Assembly: GCF_009914755.1 (NCBI RefSeq)
Contig: NC_060934.1
DNA length: 64,000 bases
Direction: 5' to 3' (one strand)
Source: the human T2T-CHM13v2.0 reference genome, Homo sapiens
Below, piece by piece: positions 13,090 through 34,897 of the stretch. Made by a program: the position numbers and the translations under genes. The notes beneath the pieces were generated by a model, which worked only from the letters and a program-made list of their open reading frames with translations, had not been told where the DNA came from and did no database searches. Every line of letters starts with the position of its first letter. Positions within the stretch are counted from its first letter, which is position 1.

Positions 13090-13555
13090 TTATTAATGTC
13101 TGATGTACCAGAAAATGACACATAGGTATTGTATGCTTTGCCTTATTTGAACTCATGATAACCCTATGAGAGAGGTAGTACCATTTTCCTCATTTTATAA
13201 ACAAGAACAGATGACTTAGATCAAGTAACTTGACTCTGATAACATATAGGTTAAGTAGGAGAGCTCATTCATCTAACACGGTTACCTTTCATGACAATGA
13301 TGATGAAAACAGCTAACAGAGTATCCACGTGACCATTATTCATCTAAACCCCTTACATTAAATAATTGGACATTCATAATATTCCTATAATGTAAGTATT
13401 CCTACTAGCCGTGTGTTATAGACAAGGAAATTTAAGCAAAGAGATATTGAGTAATTTACTATAGCCACAGAGCTACAGAGTTTTGGAGCCAGGATTCAGA
13501 TCTAGGCAGTCCAAACTGAAGGTGTGTATTTTTAACCACCACATTCTACTGCTTC
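13090..13555 (-). mobile_element. Two adjacent MIR fragments
   Basis: accctatgagagagg...cattttata and gagccaggattcagatctaggcagtc cores. Confidence 0.6.
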
Positions 13556-13931
13556 TCAAAGTTTGGAGTAGGTATATTAGCATCTGGTAATGGCTGTTGA
13601 GGATATTTTAAAACTTAGGTAATGACTTCTGCTATTGTATACTTTTAGAAAACTGGATTGGGATCAAAACTGTCCAGTACATGCTATTTTGTTACCTTTG
13701 GATTCTTTTAATACCTAACCTTGTGCGATTGGGGTCATAGCACAGCATGTATGATCATCATTGCTGCAAACGGATACACATCTTAAAAGTGCCAACTCAG
13801 TGTTATTCAAATTTTTCCTGAAATTTCCATATGCTTCTCAAGTTCCTTAACTTGAAAACTCAAAATTCTTCCTGCAAACATTTTCTGATTATCTCTACTC
13901 CAAAATGTTTTAACAGTTAGTCAATTAGTTA

Positions 13932-14260
13932 ATTAAAATTTTAATTGGCAAATAATTGTGCACATTACATATTTTGGGGTACAATGTGATGTTCTGATAT
14001 ACATTTACTTTGTGATTAAATATGCTAATGCACAAATTTATCACCTCATAAACTTGTCATTTTATGGTGAAAACATTCAGAATCTATTCTTTTAGTAATG
14101 TTGAAACACACAATGCAATATTATTTATTATTGTCACCATTGTGTGCAATAGATCACTGAAGCTTATTCCTCCTCTAACTGAAATGTTATAACTTTTGAT
14201 CAACATCTCCTCTTTCCCATTTCATTGCTCACTCCACCCACCAGCTTCTGGTAACCACCA
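13932..14260 (-). mobile_element. L1MA 3' end fragment
   Basis: ggggtacaatgtgatgtt...ctggtaaccacca, typical of an antisense L1MA 3'UTR. Confidence 0.8.
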
Positions 14261-15012
14261 ACCACATCCAGTGGACAGCAAGTTAAATAATAGGAAGTTA
14301 GAGAAAGCTGACAGTTACAAAGGATATGATGTTATTTAATTGTTCAGAATATACAAAATGTGTTTATTATAGGATACAGCCCCTTATGGAAAAATAAATG
14401 AGAGTGGGGAAATTTCAAAATCAGACAAAAGTAAAAAGTACTATGTTCACCAGAAGATGGAGAAGTCTGATAGGAAGACACTCAGAAAAGGTCAGTAAAA
14501 AACCTCTGAGAAAAAGAAAGTTGCAGGAAAGGTAAATCAATAATGCTGTTTGCTGAAATGCTACAAAATTATAGTACTTGTCTAAGGAAGTAGTTACTGG
14601 AAGCCATAGAGAGTGCACTTTCAGTATAGTTACAAGAAAAACCAAATTGCAGAGCTTAAGGGAATTGGTGAAGAACTGGTAGCAACAGATACAAAGATTT
14701 GACAGAACATCTAACTAAAGAAAAACTCTATTATGAATTGTATAAGTCATTGATGACTCAGAGCCAAGCAAGTTTATAATTACATTTTTGCTCAACTTCG
14801 ATTTCTATGAAGAACATTTAAAATGAGTTCTGCTTTTTCATACAATTAGAATGTGGGCATTTTTCAATCGTTCTAAAATTTTCAGATTATTAGAACCACA
14901 AAGACAAGCATCCACCTTACCGGATATTATTGATTTTATATGCATTGCCTGGACTCTGAATTAGACCTTTTCTTTCTTTTCCCTGTCTCAGCAGGACAAA
15001 TAAGAACATCTA

Positions 15013-15565
<553 letters not shown>

Positions 15566-16210
15566 CTAAGTACAATGAAATGGGCTTCTATTTATCAGTA
15601 CCTTTTTTCTTCTCTCTCTTTTAGTTCTGTTGCTTTCCAGGATATACACATGGCTTTAACAGAGTCTATTACTGGAATACGGAGAAGCTATTGAAGTAAT
15701 CCTTCAAGGCATAAGGTCAGAACTTAGAGAAGTCACAGAGTTTGTATTTCTGAACCTGATTACCAGAAAATTCTTCTAAAGCAGGAAAAGATATATGCTT
15801 TCAAACTGTTATCCTACAACCAAATCCATTTTGGAGACACAAGGATCCACAAGATTACTCACCTTCAGGAAAACATGAAGACAAGAAATGCTAGTCTTGG
15901 TACAACCTAATGAAAAGACATAGCTGAGATTTCATATGAAGATAACATTGAGATTGCTTAGAAAAAAATTATTGGAGTTAACATTGAAAGTAACAATGGT
16001 ATTTCTTGTCATCCCTTTCTAAATGGCATATATGGTATGTAATCTAGAAATATGTACATATACATGTAATAGCTTACAAAGCTTCCAATAAAAAAGACAA
16101 AATCTCTGGATTTTGCCATCTAACGAAAACAATGTAGTTACTATTAAAACTTGAATTTAACTTCTCAGAATAAACATACAGTCAAGGTTTTTGTTTATTT
16201 CTTTGTTTTT

Positions 16211-22443
<6,233 letters not shown>

Positions 22444-24171
22444 ATTTGTACTTTTTATTATCATATATATCCTCAAATTCAAAACAAAATAAACCACAAC
22501 ATAAACTGTGTTAGTATAGTACATTAAAGTCAGCCCCACTGTGCTGTATCACTTGGCAAGTCTGAAATTCCAATGGGCTTCAGAAAGTTGACTATGCAAT
22601 GCCCAATAATGACCTGATAATCTCATATTAGAGGCAATGCAAATATATTTATAAGACTAAGAGCTACAACAAGCTTACGAAGAAAACCAATTTATAGCAT
22701 TACAGGTTAAACCAGAAGTGATTTCCTCTGTTAACTAAAATTACATTACTAAAAAGTGCATGGTTCGTGGATGTCTAATGTGAAAAAAGACAGACAGTGA
22801 ATACTTTCCTGCTCAGTGTGAACACTTAATAAGAATGAAAATAGAATGCCTTATTATATAAAGTAATACCAATACATTGATTTCCAATCTACTCCTCTGG
22901 CACAATTTAAAATGAGCTCTTGAACTATAGAGTCACAACTCTTTTTCATTTCAATGTGTTTTCCTTCAAAATAGCAGTTATTTATACATACTGCTTTTAA
23001 AAATCATTTTTAGGCTGCAGATTCACAATCTCCATAAATATCAAAGATGTGAAGTTAAGTTCAGATGCACTTGAAGTAAACACCATGCTAACTAGCAGCA
23101 GTGTTCAAGAGATCATGCTGCCGATCTTATGAAAGGGAATATACTATTGTGAATTATTTTGCAAATCCCAAAAGAAGTTTATCTCTCACATTATTGAAGA
23201 CTGAGAATGTCTTAATATATGCACAACTTGAACATTGTTTGTGAAAAAGCCAGACTAATTCATCTATCTTCTGATCAATCAGTTTAGCCAAGCAAAGCAC
23301 AAAATAAATGCACATCCTTTGCTGCCGTTAAGAGCAACCAGTTTGCTTGTCTGTGCATCATGAATGCCAAACAAATCTTGAATAAGAACGAGGAAAAGTT
23401 AAAAGAAAAGAAAGACAGGAAAGAAATAAAACTCAATTTTCTTGAATAGGAAATTTCTAGGGAGGAAACATTTTCCATTTTTGTCTTCTATCAAATTTAT
23501 ATATATATAAATATATATATAACATATTATATATATCCTAACTGTCATTATAGGCTATTCTAAGACAGATTCTGCCAATATTGAAATATCTAAGACAGGC
23601 ACAATTGGGCCATTGCAAACATCATGTACTAAATGGATTCTAAGGAACCTGAAAATTAATGAATCTTTCTAAAATGACTGACTTACTGTTAGGGGAAAGC
23701 TTAAGAAATCAAATACCAAATCAAATACCAAAATACCAAATCTTTTTTCATTTTTCTATTCTTCCCAAAAAAAAAAAATAGTGGGGGATAAAATAACGCA
23801 ATGCCCAGTTAAAGTGCCAACACCAAAACAACTTATGGCTGCTACTTCTGACCCTTTCAGGGGGTCAAATTTTGTTGTCTTTTGTATTTCTAGCTTTGTT
23901 TGAGACCTTTGTTTGCATATATTCAAAGGTTAGTAAATACAATTTAATATTGTTTCCACAGAAATTAAGCATTTACCTAGTTAGAATAAGCATTCAAACA
24001 GAGGTCTTGCATTAAATTTTGTACTAAACTGTATTCCTTCTACCATGCTGCAATCTTTATTAAGAAACAAAGGACATCTGATTTCACTTTTCTAAGCTTA
24101 TTTTAGTTAAGGTTAATTATTACACAGAGATACTAACCTTTCAATCATAAACTACAAATTAGCATTATTCA

Positions 24172-24364
<193 letters not shown>

Positions 24365-25176
24365 CTGAAATAAGAAAAGGTAGAAAGAAACATTTGACAT
24401 GTTCATTAATCTGTTATAGGTAAACACAATTGTCACAGCACAGAAAAGCCTTAATGACTTCATAGTTAATTACCTGTGCCACATTATCCATTAACAAAGT
24501 AACACACTGGTTTAATGCACTGGAACTGTTTATCAACATAAATTTGCAGACAAGTAATCTCTAAGGAAAGACATCTTTTCTGTTATTTAATTTGCCAGCA
24601 AGTAGGTTGAGAAGTTAACATACTAATAATATCAGAAGCACACTCTTTAAAATTTAAGACATTATGGGTAAGTCCAATGTTAATCAGTTTAAGTTACTAA
24701 ACTTATGTTGTCTACAGCATAATTTTACAACAAAGTGTAAGATAGTAAGCCAGTTGTTAGTATCCTACATGAGCATTTCAATGAAAATTTGTCTTATACA
24801 ATTAAGTAGAAAAGCCCATCATTAAAATGTTAATTCCTTTCTAGTAGAGTGATCAGAGATTGACTTAACTATGCCAGGAAAGACTAAGGAAAATCTGTCA
24901 ATTTTCACTACATCTGCTTTATGAAGCATTTGGATGCATTTCATTTTAATTCTCTTGTTTTACTTTTCAATCCCCAGCAAGTTAAAAAAAAAAAAAAAAG
25001 AAAGAAAACAACTGATTGAGAAATTAGTGGCCTGTGAGCACATGAGAATGTCTTATTGAAAGAATGACATCCTCAGTTTCTTTGTAAATTTAGGAAATTA
25101 TCCACACAGAATTGTTCAAAATGCTCTTGATTATAAATTGTGGCAGACTAGGGATTGGAACACTGTTTCTCTAATT

Positions 25177-25430
25177 CAGAGGTTCCAAACTCAAATGCCT
25201 ACAGAGGACAAGCAGACAAAGGAAAAGAATGAATTAGCCAAAGGGGACAATAGTGATGGTAGAGGCTGTGATAAACTGTGCAATGCAAGGTTTTCTGAAG
25301 AGACCAGCTGGTGCTCAACTTCTGTCAGTGGTTGTGATGTGGCAATGCAAGCCAGTGTTTCTGGGTCTTCTGATTTTCAAAGAGAAGGCAGAAATCCAAA
25401 TTTTCATGTGATTTCCAAGTGTTTACATGA
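25177..25430. mobile_element. MER103-like hAT-Charlie DNA transposon fragment
   Basis: cagaggttccaaactcaaatgcctacag and tcttctgattttcaaagagaaggcagaaatcc. Confidence 0.65.
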
Positions 25431-25994
25431 TTGTGCAATCTTCTTTATAAGACTAAATGCTTCTAGCAGGTAATATTGATGTCTCAAGTTCTCCAGTTTT
25501 CTATTTCTGCCCAGGATTCTCTCTACTAGACTAGCTGAGGATAAGGTTTATCAGAGGGTACAAAGGCACGATTTTAATTCTGCTTTTGTCTACATTTTAT
25601 TTTTGATTTATTGCCAAGTATTTAATAATGTTTATTTGTCCAGCAGCATGTATAAATATATATATTGCATTGTAAAATTGTATTAAAGGTGTAAGCTCTT
25701 TTTTTAAACTAATGGGATACACAGTTCTTGACTTTAAAAGATCACTGCTCTAGATCACACACATTTTAATATGAAGTCTATTCTTCTTTGTTTCTTTATC
25801 TAAGATATAAAAGGAGCTGCCTTCTTTTTAACTGGGCCTTCCACATTTTTTCCTAACTGGCAAAGTGCTTGGCGCGTGCATTTATAATTTCTAGGGACAG
25901 AAAGCCCAAAGAAGAGCTCATTATTAGATGCCAAGAGATCATCACAATCCACACTAACCTGTAGAAAAAAGAAAAATAAAATTGACCAATGCTA

Positions 25995-26460
25995 CTGGTT
26001 GTGTAGAGCAGTGGATAAGAATGTGGCTTTTTTTTTAAATTCAAGCTTTTCAGCTTACTAGTTATATGACTTTGAAGAAATTAAATAGCATCTTTGTCTC
26101 ACATTTCTCATTATCATAATGGATATAAAATAGTATTTACCTCATAAGATTGTCTTAAACATTAAATACGTAAGGGAATATAAATACGTGCTTAATGCAG
26201 TGTACTTACAGAATGAGTACCCCCTAAAGCTTAATATGAGTCTTTCTGACTCAGCATCTATGGAACCTCCAAAGTCTTAAATACAGATTTACTCAATCTA
26301 TCTTTAGCAAGGGCTGGAAAGTAGATATTATTATCCCCATTTTGTGGAGGAAAGGTCAGGCTCAGAGAGAATAAGTGACTGGCTCAAGGTTATAAACTGG
26401 TGAGTGTCTGAAGAGACCATAAAGTCTGTGAGTAAGACACTTCTGCTCATTCCATTAGAG
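25995..26460. mobile_element. Two MIRs (plus ~25995-26220; minus ~26290-26460)
   Basis: MIR cores tttacctcataagattgt and attatccccattttgtggaggaaa. Confidence 0.65.
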
Positions 26461-26718
26461 AAAAGTATTGGAAAAATTCCCAGAAAACACAGGGCTCAGA
26501 AGTTTTCAAGGCATATGGAGGCCCAGGAGAGCCTGCTGTATTGCTTCCCTTAAACTCTGAGAGAGACATTCTAACCCCCTTCACAAAGGATTAGAGCTCT
26601 ACTAAGATTTCTATATACAATGGCTTCAAATCTTTTTTTATTTGGAAAAACAAACATGACATTAAGAAATAAAACAATGTTATTTAAATTTTAAAAATAT
26701 AAAGAGAAACCATATACA

Positions 26719-26796
26719 AATACAAACCAGAAAGGATATATATTGGAAAACAAAATTAATACAAACCAGAAAAGATATGTATTAGAAAACAAAATT
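26719..26796. repeat. 39-bp tandem duplication
   Basis: aatacaaaccagaaa(g/a)gatat(a/g)tatt(g/a)gaaaacaaaatt x2. Confidence 0.93.
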
Positions 26797-28174
26797 AAAG
26801 AGACGGTAATATCTTAGCAAAGGACAAAAGGACATAGTTGTGTTCCTGTGTGGGTCCTTGATCTGCCAGCTTGACTTCCTTTATAGTAGTTTATAGTATT
26901 ATGCATTCACAAATTATGGCATATTCTTTTATTCCTAACTGAAGCTAATTTGGTTTCATGGAACAGTCTCCAATATAAAAACAACATGATGGATCATTAT
27001 TTTAAAATCATTAATGTCACTGCCATTATTATGCCTCCAGAAACAAAACCTCTTGATCTATGGCTCTGCAAGTTTTTAGAGGATTATATGCATATTTCTG
27101 AAAGCATCACAGACAAAACTCATAAAAAATCTATTTAGAATAGATATAGCATTTACTGCCCAGAGGAAGGAGATAATTTTAGGGGAAATATTATACTTAT
27201 TTGTCTTTGAATAATGATAATAATAACAATTTCTATAGTTTTTTTACTCTTTCATCTATATCTGCCTGATTTCCAAAGAAATTTTCATCACTTCAATGGG
27301 CTCAATATTTACAGAGACCTGAAAGAAAGCTATGACTCATCACATCAACCCGATACCCCAAAACACAGAACACATATTGACTTAGTGAGAAAACCCAGTT
27401 TCTAAACAAAGATATAATGAAAAGGTACCTCCCACAAAGAGATTGTGTAAATGACTACAGGACCAAGATGTTTAGTACAATATTGTGCCAATCAACTGAC
27501 AGCCTATAGTGGCACTTCTGTGATTGTGATCAAATTAATTGGAAGAGATCAAATGCTTTAGACAAAAGACTGTTTTTGTTACTAGCTTTTTAATCTCTAG
27601 AATTAAAAGAGAAAGTCCTATAGGAGATGAATTCCATAATCTTGCTAAGTGACTGTAGGTAAATGAAAAGCCTGTCAAACAACACCTCTATGGTGGTACT
27701 TTACTTTTACTACAAATCCCACATCAAACTCTTTCCATGTTCCCCGAGTATATATTTTTCCTACAGAATTTATTGGCTAATAATGTTATGTTCTAAAAAT
27801 CCAAAGCATGTTCAATTCTAAAAAGAATTGTAGGTGACCTATAAATAAATATGTTATACTTGTTTTTTAAGAGATAATTAAATTGGTGTATTCAGTACTC
27901 TAATATAGCTAATAAAGTTATCATTTTGCAATCGTGACTTAGAAATAGTATTCTGTTGTCAAAATACTGGGGAAAAGTGTTTTTTTCCTATTACAGTATA
28001 ATATTACACGTAAGTGGTTTGCATTCCATGTGCATTTTATGACACAATTTCCTTAGGCTTAAGAATATTTTACTGCAATTATTCAAGACAAACATACTAA
28101 TTTTGAATTTCACATCATTTGTATTTCCTGCAAGATAAATCTCATATTTATTTATCTGGCATTCAATGTTCTCA

Positions 28175-28380
28175 AAAATTAATTTATTCAACAAGTACTT
28201 ATGGAGGGTCTACTAGATACCACTCACTCTTCTAGGCAGTTGGAAAATATCAGTGAACAAAGCTGACACATTTCTTTTCTCCCATGGATGTTATATTCCA
28301 GCAAAATAAAGATAGACCAATAACAAACATAAATAAGTTATATAAAATGTTAAAATGTAATAAGTGACATGAAAATAGCA
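28175..28380 (-). mobile_element. L2 3' end
   Basis: atttattcaacaagtacttatggagggtctact...cagtgaacaaa. Confidence 0.65.
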
Positions 28381-29827
28381 GCTAGCATTTCAAAACTGTA
28401 TATTGTCACTTTACAATAATTTTCATTCAGTAAATGAAGTGAGATTACACAAAGCAACCAAAATGCTATCCGATAAAATAACTGAATGAGAACTTTACAA
28501 TGAAAGTATAACTATTCCGACAACCCTGACAGCATCCTTGATGGTATCTACTATTCTGAGTACAGATTTCTGTCCATCTCTTGGAAGGAGAATAAAGGTC
28601 TTTCACTGCCTTTCACTTTCAAATATAAATCCAAAGTCTGGAAATACACAAAGGTCTGTCCTTTTTCTGTTTATCCCTGCTCCCTGAGTCTTGGGTGTTT
28701 GCAGTGACACATGGCAAAAGCAGCCAAGGTTGACACCACAGCAGTTTTCTCTTAAATACAATTTTGACAATGTTAACTATTTTTTAGCCTATGTCTCTGA
28801 CTGCTATGTGAATAAACACTAACTTTCTTGAGATACCAAAACTTGGAACACACCGTCATTACTTTGATGAGAAACCCCATACCAATACACAACCATGAAG
28901 CAAGCTGGAGTCTCACAGTGAAGTGAGCTGTATGTATGCAGTCTGCCCTTCAACAGTTGGTTCAGCCAAATTACTGTTATTCTTGATCTGTAACAATATC
29001 TAGATAAAGCTACAAAACTAAAACTTGTCACTGCTTTGTATTCCTTGTGAGAAACGTATGCTATCTACCTGCTGGAATAAAGCAAACTTCCCTTCAAAGC
29101 AACCTCAGCTTCAAACTAAAAACATGAGGTTTTCCAAAGTCACTGTATCTTACCATACTAAATATCAATTTGCTTAAATGACTAGAGAGAAACCTGTCTT
29201 CTACCTCAGCATGGTGGTAAATATTAATAATGTCTTCATCAGTACAGAGGGTACTTATCACCCTTCAGCATTACCAGATGAATCAGCTGTTCCTTTTTTA
29301 AAATGTGTAATATGAAGTTTAGGAAAATAAAATTTCAGAGAGCCTTTCAGATATATTCCTTCCTTCTAGATCATATTATATTTTTCTTTACTAAATATAC
29401 ATATGTATAAGTTTATATCATATATTCATCTATAAAAATATATTGATATTTATTGACAATTTTATAGTACATTTATACATATTTATATATAAAATTATGT
29501 TACATAGTCACATATACAATTTATATAAAGAAGTATATATTTTATTTAAATTTACATTAATGATAGGTAATATCAATGATATTGATATTATCGCCCACTT
29601 TTTTAAAGTTTGCAATTTAAATTCAAGGGGTTCCGTTGTAGCTAATTTGAGGTAAGTTTGGAAAGTAACTAATGTTTTTATAGGACACTGTGAGGTCCAA
29701 CCTACCTCTCCCACCCGGTCCTGCTAAATTCGGCTTACTAGATCTTTGCTCGGGCTTACAGTTTTTTTTAACATGCTACTACATCTGAATGTGTCTTGAC
29801 TACCAAATTTAAAATATGTGCTAATTT

Positions 29828-30128
29828 GGCCAGGCGCGGTGGATCACACCTGCAATCCTAGCACTTTGGGAGGTTGGGGAGCATAGATAACTCGAGATCA
29901 GGAGTTCCAGACCAGCCTGGCAAACTTGGTGAAACCCCATCTCTACTAAAAATATAAAATATTAGCTGGGTGTGGTGGTGCACACCTGTAATCTCAGTTA
30001 CTCAGGAGGCTGAGGTAGAAGAATCGCTTGAACCCAGGAAGCAGAGGTTGCAGTGGGTTGAGATTGCACCACTGCACTTCAGCCTGAGCGACAGAGCAAG
30101 ACAGATTCCATTTCAAATAAAAAGAAAA
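29828..30128 (+). mobile_element. AluS
   Basis: Full dimer. Confidence 0.93.
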
Positions 30129-31842
30129 TGTTAATTTGCTTTTTGGGTGCACTCTGTCTCAACATATAGATTCATCCTAAACATTGTGGGATAAAATAAA
30201 ATTGATGAAAATCATTTTTAAAATTAAGAATATAAATTATTAAGAACTAATCTTGCTATCACTTCAATCATTTACAAGGTCTTTCATTTCAGTTTTAAAC
30301 ATTTTAAATATATAATCAACAGTTGTAAACATTAGATGAGACTAATTTAACCCAAAATATATTTCCCGAAACCACATGAAACACATAAGGTAAGTCCAAG
30401 CTCTGGCATTCTTATACTACAGCTATGGTGAATTCTTGGAGAATTCAAATCAGTGTCTTAACATGTCTGTTGAGTCTATTCATTATTAAATTCTGGTTTT
30501 AATAATAGAACTTTAAATAAAAGAGGGAAGAACACTGGTTTTCTTTTTGGGGAATACTACTTCTCAAGAAAATAAATGACTGACCAATATAATTAATCTG
30601 TTTATGTTTAAAGATTGTGTCTTCATGGAAAAAAACTAATATTCAGTTTAGTCTATAATAGATACATGCCAAATGTTATAATAATGTAGTCATACTAGTT
30701 GGTTTAATAAAATATAAATACACCAAAAATGTTTTTAAATGAGTGGAAATTTAATCTCCATGTTTACTATTGCTATTATATTGGATATTTTCTTAGTGTT
30801 TATACATACATTTACTCAATTAGTATTTATTTTATATTTAGTGCATATCAGACACTAAGCTTCTACTATAGAAATAAATTATTCCATTTCCTCACAATGA
30901 CTTTGCTATTGAGCATGCACTACATTTCATATTTTTTTACCTAATATACATTTCAAGGTACTTTAGTAAAATAACTCCAAATTAGGAGATAAATAAATTT
31001 TAATTGCCAATTTTTTTGAGGTTTCCATTCCATCTATGTTTTCAGAACCTTCATCTAAATCTCAGTCTTTTAGATAAATACATTTCTCACTATTTGTTAG
31101 AAAAGTCATGGGAAAAAGCTTAGTTTGAAAGGAGCAAGCAAAGGGAAATATAAAAAGAGAAGCCCAAACATTATTTCATCAGTGGAGTGTTTAGCTTAAA
31201 AATATAACCAAGTAAATTTAAAATGGAGTTTTAATGCTCAAGCAAACGCATGCATCATTTTAAAAAAGAAGCTTGAAAGAGAGTTCTGTGCAGTGTTATT
31301 ACCTGGCACAGAAAAATGATTCTGATTAATATTCTTGTTTGATGAATATTATAGATTCTAAGAAACACAAATAAATTAATGAGTAAATGAGTATTTTCCT
31401 AAGGCAAATCCATCAGCAAAAAAAATCCAAAAGTATTAAGTCAGTCAACAGAGACTAAACGTAAAAGTATGAAAATGTCAGTGACTTGTATAATGTAATA
31501 TAATAAAAGTCCTGGCTCTGGCATGAGAGAGTCTTGCATTGCATTCCTAGTTATGTTGCTTTTGGAGGGCTATATAAGGGTAAACTAGTTAAAACTTGTG
31601 AGAATCAGTTTAAAATTAGGACAATAAAATCCATTTTATTCTTCTGTAATTGATAGATGAAAATTTGAACAAAAAATAAAAGTTAAGAATATTCATTTGT
31701 TCATTTATAGCATAAGTGTTTACTGAGCACTGATTCTGGATAATGCACTTTATAAGATGCAGTGGCTACAGCTTTATGAGAAAAACTAAATGAATTAATA
31801 ATAAATACATAATAGTCCATATAGAGTTTTCAGTCTAACAGA

Positions 31843-32716
31843 GTGTGACAGTCACACCTAAAGTAGCTCATAATGAATCAAATCCTCGTATAATACTATT
31901 CTATAGATCAGGGGTTCAGTACTGGTCCATGGCCTGTTAGGAACCAGGCCACAGAGCAGGAGGTGAGTGGTGGGTGAGCAAGCAAAGTTTCATCTGTATT
32001 TACAGCCCCTCCCCATCATTCGCATTACCGCCTGAGCTCCGCCTCCTGTCAGATCAGCAGCAGCATTGGATTCTCATAGGAGGGCAATCTCTATTGTGAA
32101 CTGCACATACAAGGGTTCCAGGTTGCATGTTCCTTACGAGAATCTAATGTCTGATGATTGATCTGTCATTGTCTCTCATTATTCCCAGATGGGATCATCT
32201 AGTTGCAAGAAAACAAGTTCAGAGCTCCCACTGATTTTACATTATGGTGAGTTGTATGATTATATCATTATATATTATAATATAATAATAATAGAAATAG
32301 AGTGTATAATAAATGGAATGCACCTAAATCATCCCAAACCACTCTCCTGCTCCCAGCCCCAGGTCGGTGGAAATTTATTTTTCATGAAACCAGTCCCTGG
32401 TGCCACAAACTTGGGGACCATTGCCATAGATAGTGGAATCTATGACTTGCTTCTAATGTGTAGAATATGATAAAGATAACAAGATATCACTTTATTGTTT
32501 CAATTAAGTTATATAAGATTCAGTCTTAGCACATTGGAGAAAGATAAATCTTCCTGCTCTGTGTAAAGAAGCAAACGTATTGTAAACTGCCTTTGGAGAA
32601 GGACATATGCCAGGGAACTCCAGGTGACTTCTTGGACCAGAGGATGGCCTCCAGACAACAGCCCTCAGTCATATAACCAAAAAGAAATGAATTCTGCCAA
32701 CAATCTAAATGAGCTT
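31843..32716 (+). mobile_element. MLT1E/F-like MaLR LTR interrupted by MER1A
   Basis: tgtgacag...gacttgcttctaa...aatgaattctgccaacaa. Confidence 0.65.
31909..32423 (+). mobile_element. MER1A (hAT-Charlie)
   Basis: cagggg...ttggggaccattg termini. 8-bp TSD ctatagat/ccatagat. Confidence 0.9.
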
Positions 32717-33137
32717 TGTAAAACAATTGCATTCCATATTGTTAATTATATTTTGAAAAGAAATGTAATTTAAATACTAAATAATGAGATTTTAATTATT
32801 TTATATATGATCAATTATATACAATAAATTATTTTCTTATAAATCTAGTTACAACTTTTCTGTTTCTTATATTGAACAAATTTTGAGCTATAACTCAGTC
32901 ATATTACTTTACTTGCTTTTGCCATTACCATAGCTTGGTAGGAAATAAGGTTTTAAATAATAGTCTTTTAAGTAGGTGACAGATTTAGAATAAAAGATTC
33001 ATAACAGTTCTAATTTTAAAAAATGACTTCACATGTTTAATGACATAGCAAACAGGTAGTATCTACATTCCTAATTTTTTTTCTTAAATCTGCTTGCATT
33101 TAAACAATGTAAAATTAATTGGTAAAGCATGTCATTT

Positions 33138-33811
<674 letters not shown>

Positions 33812-34821
33812 TAATAGTTATTTAAATATTAATATGTATGTAATGGATACTAGAGTAAATACTGATTGGGAAATACAAACTGTCATTAATAAAATATTTG
33901 TTTTCTATATAGCTTTCATATGTACTTTTTAACATGTACTTACAACATTTATTTAACACGAATAGAGTAGAAAATGTGTACTTTAATACTTTGCCAGGTG
34001 ACATGTTTAAGTAGAATGAATAAAACTAGGTTTATCCTCCATTGCCCCTCTTCTTATCAGAGGGGTCATATTTCATATGTCATATCTTTTCTACACTTTA
34101 TTTTCTACTTCACATTATATGAAGTCTAACCAGAGATCATAAAGTTTCATACTATATCAATGCAGAGGCAGAATCAACATTCTATACATATAACTTTTTA
34201 CTTTCTTTGCAGGATTTTTTAGGTAAGGTCTTCGGCCAACTGAACTGCAACTGTTTCATTTACAATAATTTTAAAACAGTAAAATTCTCTCAAGAACTAA
34301 GTTTGTACATTTGATGTTGATAAAAATAATGCTAATGGTGAATATTTTTTGAGTATGATAGATGTTGATATTATTGAAATCATTAGATATGCTTTAATAA
34401 CTTTAAAACCAAATGGTAGACTGTTCCATTTCATTTCTCTTTGTACTTTACCAATTTATACTATGAAAATCATGTATGAAATGTATAGTCTAGAACGTTT
34501 GCAGAAATATCATCTCAAAAACAGTAACTCAAAGTCTAATACAGAAAGACATCCATATAAGGAAGCATTTCACAAATATTTCTAAGCTTTGATTTGATAT
34601 ATATTAAGCTTTTACCATTTATCTTATAAATCTACATGATTAAAGAAATGATCAACCTTCTCAACTGGCACAATGTGAAGATGGATAATTTGACTTAGAA
34701 AAATAACTAATTGTGTAGTCATGTAAGCCCTTCATTTATGACACAAATCCATAAAGGTCACTGTCATATTTCTTAGAGACTGGATTTTAATGTAAAGCTG
34801 AGTTTTATTTTTCTAGGAAAC

Positions 34822-34897
34822 TGTAACTTTTATTGAAAATAGTTCATGTATAAGCAGATTTATGGAATTCAAACTCATGTTGTCCAAGGGTCAATTG
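34822..34897 (+). mobile_element. Tigger2-family terminal fragment
   Basis: tgtaacttttattgaaaa...gttgtccaagggtcaattg TIR. Confidence 0.65.

Noticed and set aside
28500-28706. Plus-strand open stretch (KYNYSDNPDSILDGIYY...) as an exon
   Set aside because: It has no start codon or splice sites, I recognise no homology, and it is antisense to PCDH15.
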